Positions 51,801 to 64,000 are shown, numbered from the stretch's first letter. The stretch: DNA of 64,000 nucleotides from Klebsormidium nitens (GCA_000708835.1 DF237269.1:39061-103060), one strand, 5' to 3'. Translations and numbers: made by a program. Notes: generated by a model not told the origin, from the letters alone.

Positions 51801-54800
51801 TGCAGGCTCGGGATTGCAGTTCAGGTCTGGTTTTCTGGAGCAGTTGCCAAGTTGCTTTGCTTTTTGGGAGAAACTGCAAACTTTGCCTGATGCCAGCCAT
51901 GACAATCTGAAGTGAAGTATGAGGATCGGCCGACAAGAACAGGAACAAATTGTTGTCACTCATGCCAATCTTCTAACAAGCTCGGCGCCTGATGCAGGGT
52001 CAATCCGCCATCCAGAACCTGGACATTGTCGCTGCCACGGGCGGCCAGCTGCGCCCCATCGTCTTGACTGCAGACGCCACTGTCTCGGGCGGCACGTTGA
52101 ATATTGACTTTACCAACAACGCAATCGTTATGGCACTCTTCATCTACCCTGGCCTGGTGAGCCCCCTCTCCGCATGGATTTGCTGAGAAAGGTCGTAATG
52201 CCACGTTAAAAGCAAGCTCGTGTTCGTCGCGTTCAAAGCTGCTGCTCTGCTCTCCATTCCAGCAAATCTTGACAGACGGTTTCTGAGCTTTTCATCAAGA
52301 ACGCACTTTCGTGACAAGAATTACACTTATCACACCATTCCCTTCACTCCACAACCAGAGGTGTGATCCATCAAGGGCTTTTTTGCTGGTCCATGCAAGT
52401 TTGACATGTTCACGAAGTCGTTGTTCTTACAGCAGGCTTCATCGATACGCCTTGCTCCTCACGCTTTTGACCTTCACCTTCCTGGAAACGTTCACGGTTT
52501 TGCACAATCTATGCTTACAAGCTTTCCGCACGAATGCACAGCTCCACGAATCACGTGGTCTCACTCCCACCAATCACCTTGTCTTCTACGCACTCTTAAC
52601 AGCAGTGGTGGCATGCTGACCACGGCAATGACGTCACAGCACCGCACTCACCTTGCGACACTGGCAGTCTTAAGTTTCTGGAGATGATTACTCACACTGG
52701 CACACGCCGTTCACAATTCGAGAGGTAGGTCACGCGAATCACGCACAATATACTGCTACTGTTCTGAAAGTGTGCAGTCGAGACCAGCAAGGTGTTTGGT
52801 TCACTTCAGTAGCAGAGGAAACGTGCTTACAAACAGTCGCTTCAGACCCTACATCGCTTGCGCACAGGCTTCCAAGACGCATCCGGATATTCAATCGGCA
52901 CCATCAAAGTCACATTGATAGAAGTCACTTACGACATAGATTTTTGAAAGTTTTTCGCTTCTGTTCTGCTGCCTCTGTATGCGTGGCTTCGTTGACCCTG
53001 GTCAGAAACGGGCTTTACCTTGGTCAGAAGCGAATTACTTACAACACTTTTGTTCGTTCTGCAGTCTGGCGGTAGCCAAACCGTGATCTCGAGCCCCGCA
53101 GCAGCACCAGCGAGCAGCACAGTGCCGAGCAGCGCCCCGTCCCCTGGAAGCGCCCCGTCCCCTGGAAGCGCCCCGTCAACTGGAAGCGCCCCGTCACCTG
53201 GAAGCGCCCCGTCAACTGGAAGCGCCCCGTCAAATGGAAGCGCCCCGTCAACTGGAAGCGCCACTTGCCCCGCCAACGGGGGTGGCTCTGCAATCAACTG
53301 CGCTGGTATGTAAACATATGCTGGGCCGATTGTGCAACTCAGGTGGTAAGCGAGGTGTCTTTCTTGGTGACGTTGAGTATCTGTAAGTTCTGTAACTAGC
53401 CTTCATAAGCTAGTAGTGAAACAATTCTGAATGATTAGGTTGACTATCTTTATCAGCGCATTGATGTGGCTTTTGTGCGAGCTTCACAAGCTGGTCCAAA
53501 ATTCTTCTGATGGAGTAGGTCGACGCAAGTCCTTTCCAGACCGTCACACTTCTCCTCAAGGAATCTGCAGTTTCCTCATCACCTTTGATAGACGTCCTTG
53601 CGATACGTATACTCAACAACGGCGCCGAATCTGAACGACTAAACGACCTCAATAGTTTTGCTGTTCTGAGCTCTCCTAAGAACCTCCTCTTTCGATCGGA
53701 CACAATTTCGTCCGTATAAGATCTTTCTTCCCAAAACAAAACAACAAAAACACTCCCCTGCGAGAACATCAAACTGAACCCGGGCAGCTTGTTGCATTCA
53801 AAAGAACAGCGGAACAAGCACTATCGCCCCAGACCACTATACGAAGCACATGAACCGAAAGTAAAGCAGTGCTTCTCTGCAGGTGGCTGCCCCGCCTACT
53901 CCGCCTCCAACTCGGTCGCCGTGAATTGCGGGGGCGACGACTACGTGTCCACCTGCGGCGTGCGCTTCCTGCCGGACACCACGGCGTGCAACCCGGGGGA
54001 CACCATACCAGATGGCGAGCCCTACTGCCGGACCAACATCAAGGGACCCGCCGGGGGTTACTCGTACTTCAAGCCGTCGACGGACCCGCCAATCACGGGA
54101 ACGGCAGATCCGCACATCTTTGAGGTGAGAGTTGCAGCGCAAGGAGAGGGAAGAGTCTCGCTGGAAAGAGCGTCTGGATACTGGGAGGAGAGGAGACTGG
54201 AAGCGGAAACTTTTCGATTCTTCGGACGAGACGCCCTATTTTGTTCAAATTAGATAAATTGTTATTAAGAAGACGAAGCATTGCGAGAAAGAGACAAAAC
54301 GAGGGAGGGAACTTTAAACGGTTGAGAATTGTCAAGAAGGGGTAATGTTTTGGGTGGGAGTGGTCTGCATGGAGAAGCTCGGCCCCACGCTCGCTCAGAG
54401 ATCTACCAAAAAACCGCGAAATGGTCTGATTGTTAAGTTGTTGAAGAATCCGAAAAGTCGCTTTCGTGGCCGACCAAACTGCCACGCGCGCTTACTCAAA
54501 GCGCAATCTGCGCGCGCAGTCGGAGCGCATCGGCTTCAACACCTACTTCTTCCGCGTGGACAACGGCGTGTACACTGTAGCGACGTACTTCGCCGAGATC
54601 TCCGGCAGCGACCCGTCCATCGACGTCAATGCGGAAGGTCTCAGGCGCTTCACCCTCATCTTCAACGACAACCCCAACTCGCCCAACCCGAACATCGACC
54701 CATTCGCGGTGAGCTTCTTCAACACGTGAGCGGCGCGCTTTTGAGATTACATCGGTTGCATTTGTTGCTGTGCTTATGTCGGAGGGGGATGAATGCAAAG

Positions 54801-55283
54801 TTACTGTTCGACCAACGAGGACGTCAGTCTGCTTACAGGGGGCCAAATATCAGAGACAGTGGACTTTTTGTGGAATTGAGGAACCCAGTATGAGAGGTTC
54901 TGAAGCTCAGCCTGTCCGTATGCAACGTGATGTCCTTATCACAGAATCTTCCGTGGTCGCATGGACTGACTTGCAAACGCGACGGGACGTCCAAGTTTTT
55001 CTCAGCGCTGCTTCAATGCCAGAAACGGAGCCAAGCGGACCATATTTCGTAGGGAGTCGGTAACAAATGCGTGCACAGACTCTGAGCGTCGCTTTGAGAT
55101 CTTTCCGGCTGACTCGGCATCGTACGGATCTCGCAGCTGGCTGGCGACCAGAAGTTCAAGGCGGATCCCGTCCAAATGGCCCAGATTCCTGTGAGCAATG
55201 GAGTCCTGAAGATGCAACTGTTCCCCACTGGCATACGCGATGCACCAGCCATCAAAGGCATCTGGATCCGCAAGACGGGCTAG
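48880..55283 (+). CDS. Secreted protein with four malectin-type carbohydrate-binding domains and a Ser/Ala/Pro linker (766 aa, 10 exons)
   Basis: Exons 48880-49016, 49454-49641, 49872-50188, 50581-50960, 51488-51788, 51998-52156, 53065-53305, 53883-54124, 54520-54708 and 55137-55283 total 2301 nt. Signal-peptide-like start MKSPQTSVQAALKVVVVLLFMNKLAVA. The malectin pattern recurs four times: (A/S)IN(C/A)GG...Y.(T/S)ER.G..Y...(L/V)PNG.Y.V...F(A/T)E....G.R.F.V.I...V(S/T)NG.L...F. No transmembrane helix or kinase domain before the stop. Confidence 0.85.
53131..53262 (+). repeat. Coding 18-bp minisatellite, 7 units, encoding (SAPSxG)7
   Basis: agcgccccgtc(c/a)(c/a)(c/a)tgga x7 within the malectin-gene exon 53065-53305. 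Confidence 0.95.
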
Positions 55284-56357
55284 GTTGATGATTTTACCGA
55301 TCTTTCAGCAGTCTCTGTAAGGCAGTCACTATCGGAATTTGGAGAAGGCGATCGGAGTTGCATCGGTCAGTCAAATTAGCAGGATTGTGAGAAGGCGCTT
55401 GACGTTCTGCAAAACTGGAAGTTTCGCACCTAGAGCTAGGTCAGGTCTTTTGAATGCAGATGTTGAGGGATAGACGGACGCGTGTCACGAGTTGAAGATA
55501 TGCTCAGTAGAATGAAGCAGGGTCACTTTGAAGAAAAAGAGACGAGTGGATTATGTAGATCGACGTTCTTAGGATTTCAACTGCTTTAGGTTTGTGATTG
55601 AATAGTTGCATTGACTGCATAAGCGATTGAGTACGTGTCAAGATTTTGCATCCTCCGAAAAGCTGAGCTCACCTCGACGGCATCCGCAATTATGCATCGG
55701 TGTTGGTATCTAGACGAACGTACAGAGAGTAAGCAAAGTTTTTTCTCGCCAGCTCGACTCAGGTCCCCTTCGCCTTGCAGGTATGTTCTCCTGCAACATA
55801 CTGATAGCCATTACTCTACATTGAACATGCAATTAGATCGTTGAGTGCATGACGCCGCTTCCCTGCACGCTGACTTTACGTGTGGCGAGGTGACCAGTGT
55901 ATGTGTACAATGTATCGAATTAAAGGTGGGATCACCATCCTCATTGCGGAACTGCATGCATGGATTTCAAGGCGGGCTCGCCCGGCGTCTCCGTCGTGTG
56001 CACCTCAATGATTTCGGATGGATTTGCGGCCGAGGTTGCGCAACAACAGCGTTACTGTGCACTTCCATGAATCTTACAACGTACGCGTTGGGATTCGGGG
56101 AGGAGGTAAGTGCGCAATTAATTGTTTGTGCGGGCCAGACTGAGATCGAGTCCATTGCATGGTTTGCAAAACGCATGGCAACTAAGTTCCGGCGACGAAC
56201 TTAGCTCGACAAGGAGAGGACTGCACAGTACTCTTGCATGTGTGCATTGTTTGTCACCCTCCAGGTTCCAACACCGAGGGTGCTGCAGATTTCACCCGCC
56301 GACTCATGAGCTGGTGCAGACTGTAGCATCCAACATCGGCCCAACCTTTGTATTTGT

Positions 56358-56397
56358 TTCATCACTTTTCAATTCATCACTTTTCAAATGAAAAGTG
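56358..56397. repeat. 15-nt tandem duplication overlapping a 9-bp hairpin
   Basis: ttcatcacttttcaa x2 (56358-56387); cacttttca-aa-tgaaaagtg (56378-56397). Confidence 0.7.
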
Positions 56398-56582
56398 GTT
56401 ATTCAAACTCATGCTGGGCCGGGGCTATATGAATCGTTAAGTGGCTTTCACAGAACGGTGGAGTTCTGAACTCAATCAGTAACATGTACCAGGCGGAGAA
56501 CGTTCGGAGAAAGCCATGTAATACCAGCAGTCTGAGGGTACGTTTTTTGTCGAATGTTCACAATTCGCGAATCGTTGAGCAA

Positions 56583-56648
56583 TGACATGCTTCGCAAAAA
56601 AAGTGTTCACATTTCGTGCATCGCGAAGCAGTGACATGCTTCGCAAAA
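56583..56648 (+). repeat. 17-nt direct repeat pair
   Basis: tgacatgcttcgcaaaa at 56583 and 56632. Confidence 0.75.
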
Positions 56649-56927
56649 GAAGAGGTGATAATAAATAAGAGAAGACCAGCATATCCGTCAGCTTCTAAAC
56701 GTCAGTACAGGGGTCCAATTCACAGTCACCTATCATAACTTAGGTCAGAAAAGGCTGGGCACTACTAAAGTGAAGATACTAGTGCAGATTCTTGACTAAG
56801 GGTCTATTCTCTCCTGTCCCGACTTCGCCGGGGCAAGAATTCCCTAACACGCTTCCTATTCTACGATCGACACTACACGCTGAAACGCGCGTCATCTTCG
56901 CATATGTTAACCTTCTGCGTATCACTC

Positions 56928-59900
56928 TTAAACGCCGGTTGGGGCGAACGCGGGGCCACCCGCGGCTGTGGATGTAGTCGCAGCAGGCGCGTTGGCGGTC
57001 GTGGCGGCGGGAGCCTCGGTCGAAGCACCCTGGGTAGGGGCGGGAGCAGGAGCGGAACCCGGAGCGGAAACCGGAGCCCCCGCGACGACCGCTCCTGGAG
57101 CGGCGGAATTCGGGGCCAGATTGACGGAAGCGAAGGTCAATTGCCAGGTCTGGGCCAAGGGCGCGGTGGTCGTGTTGGTCGGGATGGTGGTATTGACCCC
57201 GGTTGTGGTGTTGGAACCAGTCGAGGCGTTGAGGAGCTGCCACAGCTGGATGACGTACACGTCACCAATCTGCACAAAAAAAGGCGCGAGACGTTTCAGC
57301 TCCTGCTACCTCGGTGATCCAAATCAACCGTTATAATGATCGTTTCTCTAGCGACACTGAACGAGAAGAGTAGCAGCGACAAATCACCGCTAGGGGAGAG
57401 GATATGGGCCAAAGAGGCCACTGTGGAACACCGACCCCAAAGTCAAGTTTCTCAAAGGATCTGTCGTTAGGTTGAAACGCGTGCCTTATTTGGGACTGTA
57501 CGATGCCAAAACAGAACTTCATTTATTTGAAGAATGTCACTTCTCAGGGTCGGGGGTCGGCTTTCCAGGATCGGCTTACAATTGACAGCAGATGTGTAGA
57601 GGCTAACTTCGACATGAAGAGCCAAGGAAAGGCGGCACCTTCACGGACACAGTAGCTTTGCATCCAAGCCACAGCGACGTGAAACAAATCAGAGCCAGTT
57701 CGTCGCAGCTCTGGGTCTGCGGTCCTCACCGACGGCAGAGCAGGCACCAGAGTCGTCAGAATGGCCGACTGGTTGTTGAGCTGCTTGTACGAAACCACGG
57801 TCTGGGGAGCAGCGTTGCCAGTGGCATTGCGGCCTTGCAGCAGGTTGAAGAAAGTCAGGATGATGGGGTCTGTCAAGTTGAGCCTGCAAATGAGACATGC
57901 TTTGTGAGAGAATGTAACACAGGCTTATATGAAGTATGCAAACAACTTCGGACCTTCTAAAACCAATCTTGTTTACATCTGTGTGTTGCAAGTGCTGGGT
58001 CACCAAGCAACCCTACGAAGGGATCCGAGGGATTACCAATTCTGGTTTATCCTTCTGTTTCCACTGCTTCCGTGACCTCATGACCACTTTCATGAACAGC
58101 TGATGTGAGCAGCCTTGACAGTTCTATGGAAGAATCAAGGGGTTCAGTCTTCTCATAGGACCTGGAAAAGTAGTACACCACTGCCTCATTCACCCTTCCA
58201 ACCAATTCAAACTCTCAACCAAATGTGAAGCGCTATAACCACCATCCCCAGCAAATCTGTCCCCTCAGTAAGAGAAACAACTTGCACTTCTGTATCATAA
58301 GGAGAAAAGCCAGCAAGAAAAGGTCAAAATCTACTCACGGTGTCGGGCTCGGGAGTGTTGGCAGCACCACTTGGAAGAAGGGGGCAAAGTACTGGCTGGT
58401 CACATTTACAGGGCTCAGGCTGGCATTGCTGAATGCAGCCTGAAGACCGTTTGAAACGGAAACCACAGTGGCTTCAATTGTGAGATTTGTGGGGATGCTA
58501 GTGTTTTGGGGAGCGGTGGTGACGTTGCTGCTAATGGTCACGTTAGGGGTGGCAGCAAAGACTGGGAGGGTCTGGGAAATGAAGGGACCGCTAGGAGCGG
58601 GGGTCATGCTGGCAAGGGCGACAACCCAGGTGCCGTTGGGAGAGGTGGTGCTATTGAGCAATTGCCAAAAACCCGTGATGTACACATTGCCAAGCTGCAG
58701 AAAACAAAGGGCACCAGTGAGTTCTTCAAAGGGAGCTGCTATGATATCATTCTTTGGAATTTCATCAATTGTGATGTCAACAAATGCTGGCCAAAGGATC
58801 AATGCAGTATTGTGCGCTCCCCACAACAAGTCTTGGCTCTCCAGCCCCTCTTTTCCCTGTGAGAATTCTAGAAACCTTGGACTCGTTGTAGTCAAGAGAC
58901 GATGCTGATCAGGCATATTTACATACAGATCTGAAAGGCAATCGAGCTTTCAGCAGAATTGATTATCATGTAGCAGCATCTGCAAAAATCTTAGAGCAAC
59001 AAGCTCAAAAAGATTGCCATTCAAGAAAGCAGAACCCTCGTATGCTAAAAGTACTGCTGGCCAGCTTTATACAACAATACACTTGTTCACCAGCTGAAAT
59101 TGACATAATCATTGTCTATACATCACTAATCCATCATTGTATCATGATGGATCTAAAACAAGATTGAACCTTGCATGCAAATCCCCTCTCCATCTTTCCA
59201 GAACAAACACTATATACTACACAGAACTGCACTTCTGACCTTCTTCCTTCCCGCAAAAGTGACCACCTGTCCTTCTAAGATCCTCGAAAAAACTGCAAAA
59301 CGTCTTCAAGTAATGTTTCACATTGATGACTTGCTCTTCCAAAGCTTTCGAAGGGTTGAGAAGAGATGGACTTATGTCGGCCAAGGTCAAGTTACTCAAG
59401 TTCAGGAGTTCTCAATTTCTTACACAAGGCATTACCAGAAGCTTCATCAGGTGCGGTAACACTCACCTGTCCAAGAGTCGCTTCAAAAACAGTCAGCACA
59501 TTTGTACTGTCAACTGTGTAGAAGTAGAGGTCCGACACATTGTTCACAGTCACGTTGGAGCCTGCTGGCGGTGTCAGAAGGGAAATGAAAGGAAGAAGAG
59601 CAGTGACATTGTTCAACCTGCAACCCAAAAAGCACTAACTGAATCTTGGTAGTACTGTCGTAGTACTGTGGCAAGAAAGCAGTTCATAGGGTCACATGCA
59701 AGCAAACAAAATAGAGAGGAAGCTGCTTGTCTGTTCTGCAGTGGACCCTGATGACCAAACCAAGTTATAATCTCCTCTTCAGCTGAGAAGAGACGGCCTT
59801 CTCCACTTCTCACCTATGATCTAGAAAGCTGACTCTGAACAAAAGCATGTTGAACACTAGTCTGAAAGACTTACGTGACTGGGGCTGTTGTGTTGGGAAG

Positions 59901-60239
59901 CACCAGCTGAACATCAGGGGACAAATAACTTGCTACCCCACTGAAATTGCCAGCGGAAAAGGCACCAATAAGCGCAAGGGCCTGAGACCGCACTGCTCTG
60001 TAAACGGCCAGCGTAGCATTTGATGGAAGAGAGGCGTTCGTACTGTTTGCAGCAGGGGGGACTGTGGCATTCACTGGAACAGGGGTAATTACAGGGGCCG
60101 TGGTGTTTACAGGCGTGGTGGCATTCAGTGGAGCTGTCCCGTTAAGCAGAGTGGAATTCGCAGTTGTGTTCAACTGCGCGCATGCTGAGGAAAGAAGCAG
60201 AGCGGCGGACAGCACAAACAGCAACTTTGCGGAAGCCAT
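56928..60239 (-). CDS. Secreted glycoprotein (455 aa): signal peptide, two tandem NTF2/SnoaL-like domains, Ala/Pro/Thr-rich AGP-like tail
   Basis: Exons 60239-59875, 59617-59467, 58694-58339, 57883-57730 and 57269-56928 total 1368 nt with consistent phases. Signal peptide MASAKLLFVLSAALLLSSACA. Internal repeat LGNVYITGFWQLLNST...W / IGDVYVIQLWQLLNAS...W. 29 N-x-S/T sequons by my count. The fold assignment is by pattern only. Confidence 0.8.
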
Positions 60240-61422
60240 TGTCTTTGCTGGCGGCGGCGGCTGGAAGCACTCCTGAGAATTCTGCGAGCCACAAAACAAG
60301 CGCTTTTCGCTAAACGGTTGCCGAAAAAGGAACGAACTTTATCGCTAGCCCCTGCTGGGATTTGACCAAAGCCTTGACATCAGAAAGGGGGAAGGAACCA
60401 GCGGGTATCATTCTCTCACTGGGAAATTCCCATGTGCTGCAGAGTGGCGCTATTAACTAACTACACTGTAGTATACAGCTACTACTAGGTAGCTTCCTTC
60501 TGGGCACCGGAGGACAGCCCGAGCAGGTTCCAACTGTCTTTGCATGCGCGTTCCCCATGCAGTTGAGCGGTCGAAGTGTCACGACTCAGAACTCAGAGTC
60601 AAGCTTTCGAAGGGCGACCGGGGACTAGTACTCGCTGGGTGGTATCTGACTGAATGATTGTTGGACCTTTTAGCAGGTTTTGGAGTGCTCTGATTGGTCG
60701 CCGGAGGCTTTGGAAACTTCCAGATGTCGCTAAAAGGAAAAGTGGACAGCAAAGCCAATCAAAACTCGGCACTTGTGGTGCGGATGGAGCAGTACCTGAC
60801 AAGTGGAGTAAGTATCGACCGTCCGAGCAATCGGCGGCGCCAAGCAGGTGTCAGATACAAGAGATCTCCAGATCTGACGGTACTACACCTATGTCTTTGG
60901 GCAGCCGCCCGATCCTTGACTTCGAGAATGAACGTCCCAGATGACGACAAACTTATTTTGGTTTGCTAATTGAGACGGTCTATCTCTGATCTCTGCGTTA
61001 CTTTCTGAACCGTCGGATTCGTAAAGCAGCTCGCGCGCGGCGCCACCAAGAAGCCGGGAGTATTGAAATGCACAATGGGGGAGTTCTACGCGGTCCATGG
61101 GCCACGTGGAAGGTCAAGTGACCCTCACCTTCCATCAAAAGCGCGTTCCTCCGGTTTGAATTTGCCGAGCTGGCATGGCGTGGAACGTGGCCCGTTCATT
61201 GCAGGACTGGGCGCCATGGCTGAAAAGGAAAGCATGATGCTGAGCTGTGTTTGCGGCAGAGTCTGAAAGCAGAGGTGAAAGCACATTGAGAGCTCCTGAC
61301 TTGGTGACAGTTGGTAAAGTTCTTATGCTAATGCAGGGTGCACGAGCCTGCTTCTTATGTTCTCAGCTGGTGTAAGCAAAACGCTCGCGAGCTCTGCGGT
61401 TGGACTACGCTCAGCTGTGAAA

Positions 61423-62920
61423 ATGGCTCTCCTCCGCGTACTGTCACAAAGTCGACAAGGTAGCAGCTCGCTACTGGGGTCCATGGGGTTGAGGATGTTC
61501 TCGGGGCGTGCCTCAGCCAGAGTAGAACCTGGCCCTGCTGGGTGGTATGAACACAAGCGGATATCAAACCTTGGCAAGTTGGAAGATCTGATGTATGACG
61601 GGCGTGTGCAGTGGGTTTTCCTGGGGATGCCTGGGGTCGGGAAGGGCACGTACGCAAGCAGAGTTGCAGATCTGATGCAGGTGCCTCATATATCGGCGGG
61701 AGACTTGGTCAGGGAAGAGCTGAGGAAAGGGTCAGCATATGCTCAGGAGATGCAGGAGGTGATACAGGCGGGTCAGCTGTTGCCAGACAGCATGATCCTA
61801 GATCTGATAAAGGCGAGGTTGCACCAGGGACAGCAGATGGGGGAGCGGGGTTTCATTCTGGATGGGTTTCCGAGGACTGCTCTCCAGGCGGCAGCTCTGG
61901 AAGACATAGCGGAGATTACGCTGGCGCTCAATCTGCGTCTAAGGGAGGACGTTTTGGTGCAGAAGTGCCTCGGCAGGCGGACGTGCGGTCAGTGCGGAAA
62001 AGGTTTCAATCTCGCGGATATCAACGTTGCAGGGGTCAATGGAGCCCCCCGGATAGTGATGCCTCCCATGAGTCCTCCCTCCGCCTGTATAGGCAAGATG
62101 GTAATGAGATCAGATGACACAGAGGAGATCGTAAGGAAGCGGCTGGCGGTGTACAAGGAGCAGGTAAGACGGCAAGACGGCCTGTCACATTATTATCATG
62201 CCCTTTACTCTGCATGTTTTGTGTTCAACATGGTAATGCTTGAAAGTATGCTGACATCTGCTTGGGTGTAGCCAGGGTGGGGGTAGTTACGCAAAGGCAG
62301 CAATTGCATCTCATTTTGAGTTGCTGGCAACTTTGTGATGTGCTTTGTTTATCATCATTAATGGTGTGGTTTCCCTGTCTTTGGGGCAGGCTTGAAATGG
62401 ATTTGTCTTTGCTCAGTTACTCGTATTTTGCTCATTCGATTCAAAACGATGTCGCAAGTCAAAACGTGATCTCGTTCATAAATGACTGAGGGTCAGGAGC
62501 TAGTCACGGTGCATTTAAAGGATCTTGGTATCTGCATCTTCAGCTTTTACTGCTCCTGAAGCCAGAACCTGCGCATGACATGGTTCGGAAGCAGCGATTG
62601 TGCTTGCTACTTCTCTGTTAAGTTTTTTGGACTCCTGTCCTGAGTGCCCTCTAGAGTCGTCCGTAGATAGCGTATGGGTCTAGGCCGCAGCCGCATCCTA
62701 CTTTGCTCCGGTGCTTGATTCCTGTTGTCATTGTAATCAGATGGTCCGGTTCTATGCTTTACAGAGCCAACCAGTGGAGGACTTCTACCGGCGAAGAGAC
62801 GTTCTTTTAGATTTTGACGTTGGTGGTGGTATACCGGAGACATGGCCCCGGTTGTTGAAGGCTTTGTACGATGAGAACCGGGAAAGGGAGTTACTAGAAC
62901 CTGAGCCAAGAGCTGCCTGA
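61423..62920 (+). CDS. ADK: Adenylate kinase, plant organellar type (Arabidopsis ADK6/7-like), with an N-terminal targeting peptide
   Basis: Exons 61423-62163 and 62765-62920. Motifs: VQWVFLGMPGVGKGTYASR (P-loop), HISAGDLVREE, GFILDGFPRT, KCLGRRTCGQCGKGFNLADI, RSDDTEEIVRKRL, GGIPETWPRLL. The start could instead be the upstream in-frame ATG at 61357. Confidence 0.93.
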
Positions 62921-64000
62921 ATGTCTTGAATTCCGTACTTGCTGCTGCTCGCAAACAGAATGGAATATCATCTGAGTAGTCAATGTCTAGCTGCCCACTG
63001 ATATGACAGGTAAAAGGTATACATACAAGTTTACGAGGTTATAGAGCGACTCATGGATCATCATTCTTTGCTCGGGCCATTGCCTAGAGCCAAATATAGA
63101 AGAACCAAAGAGCACTTGATAAACAGTTTACGCGTCCATGTCGGTTGAGTCTTCATTTGCTGCAAATCGCAGTCAAATCCAGAGTGTTTTGCGGTGCATA
63201 TTGACCTAAGTAACATGCTTGAAGGAGGGCTCAATTCAGAGGGGGGGGGCGGTTCGTCTGTTTTGGAAGAGCCACTCATTTCAGAAGGAGAACTGTTTGC
63301 CTTTTCAATCCATGCAAAGGCAAGGGGTCCTGCCAACCAAGATAGTTCCCGGGGTTTGCTCAAGTTGACAAACAACAACATTTCTTTGAAGCTGCACATA
63401 GATGAACCGCATGCATGCTCACTCACAGGGTGCTATTGACATCATGTTATATTAAGCCTGCAAGTGACCTAGTAGTGGCACAATCGCTACTGAGCCTAGT
63501 GCTCCTGCCACTTGTTAATTGCACTAAAATCTACAGCGAATTGCAGACATGACGCGGAAATGCATGCATTCCGATTAGATATACGTTATGCAGTGGTAGT
63601 GTTGTGGCATGGCCAATTGAACTTGCAGATGTAGACGATATTTGACATACATATTTGCTAGGTCCGCGCAAGCTCAGGCTACTGAATATGTGCACACAAT
63701 GCAAGTCAAGCTGCCAACCCGCAGCCTGCAGCCAATAGGAACCCACAACAATTCAACATTTGACAGTTGCGTGGCGATGATGGGCGGGGTATGACGAGGT
63801 GAAAGCCACGATGCCAACTGCAAAGCGAAAAAGCATATCCAAGCGACAAGAGTAATCATGCTTTTGAGAGACACCAAAGTAAAGTACGACCACATTGTAG
63901 ACCAGGCCTTCCAGCCTGCTTCTCACTCTGGCACATGGCCCTTATTGTGGAACTAGCAAAAAACATTCCCTCTAGTCCTCGAGCATCTCCTCGAAGGCGG

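Noticed and set aside
53131-53262. Regular 18-nt repeats as a CRISPR array
   Set aside because: There are no unique spacers; the units are contiguous, in frame within an exon, and the context is eukaryotic.
58695-58916. In-frame upstream extension of the 58694-58339 exon (ORF 58335-58916)
   Set aside because: A strong ttttctgcag acceptor at 58695, and alignment with the second repeat (IGDVYV after a phase-0 intron), indicate the extension is intronic.
63061-63895. ORFs at the right end (63194-63439 +, 63061-63426 -, 63674-63895 -)
   Set aside because: No recognisable motifs or consistent splice model within the window.

Overview
Eukaryotic nuclear DNA with intron-rich genes (mostly GT-AG, CTRAC-type branch points, introns of about 150-800 nt) whose products resemble land-plant proteins. 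I infer a streptophyte alga such as Klebsormidium; this is not proven. I spliced ten gene models by hand. They are: TBCD (5'-truncated, +); a 407-aa Ser/Arg-rich orphan with a C-terminal hydrophobic anchor (+); EBP1/PA2G4 (-); an MBD + C2H2 zinc finger + unassigned-domain protein (+); a small low-confidence orphan (+); a ubiquitin-like + LRR protein (-); a phosphoenolpyruvate carboxylase (+); a secreted protein with four malectin-type domains (+); a secreted N-glycan-rich protein with a duplicated NTF2/SnoaL-like domain and an AGP-like tail (-); and an organellar-type adenylate kinase (+). The PEPC is the most notable feature. It carries an N-terminal ACR/GlnD-type ACT domain, has a possible plastid transit peptide, and shows proteobacterial-type rather than plant-type motifs (SDSCKDGG, ...W.GPLLRSI.AI...MRNTG). 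Degenerate copies of exon edges recur inside neighbouring introns (five in PEPC, two in TBCD), and the palindrome TGACGTCA is over-represented. I found no rRNA, tRNA, CRISPR array or autonomous mobile element. All homology statements come from remembered motifs, not database searches.
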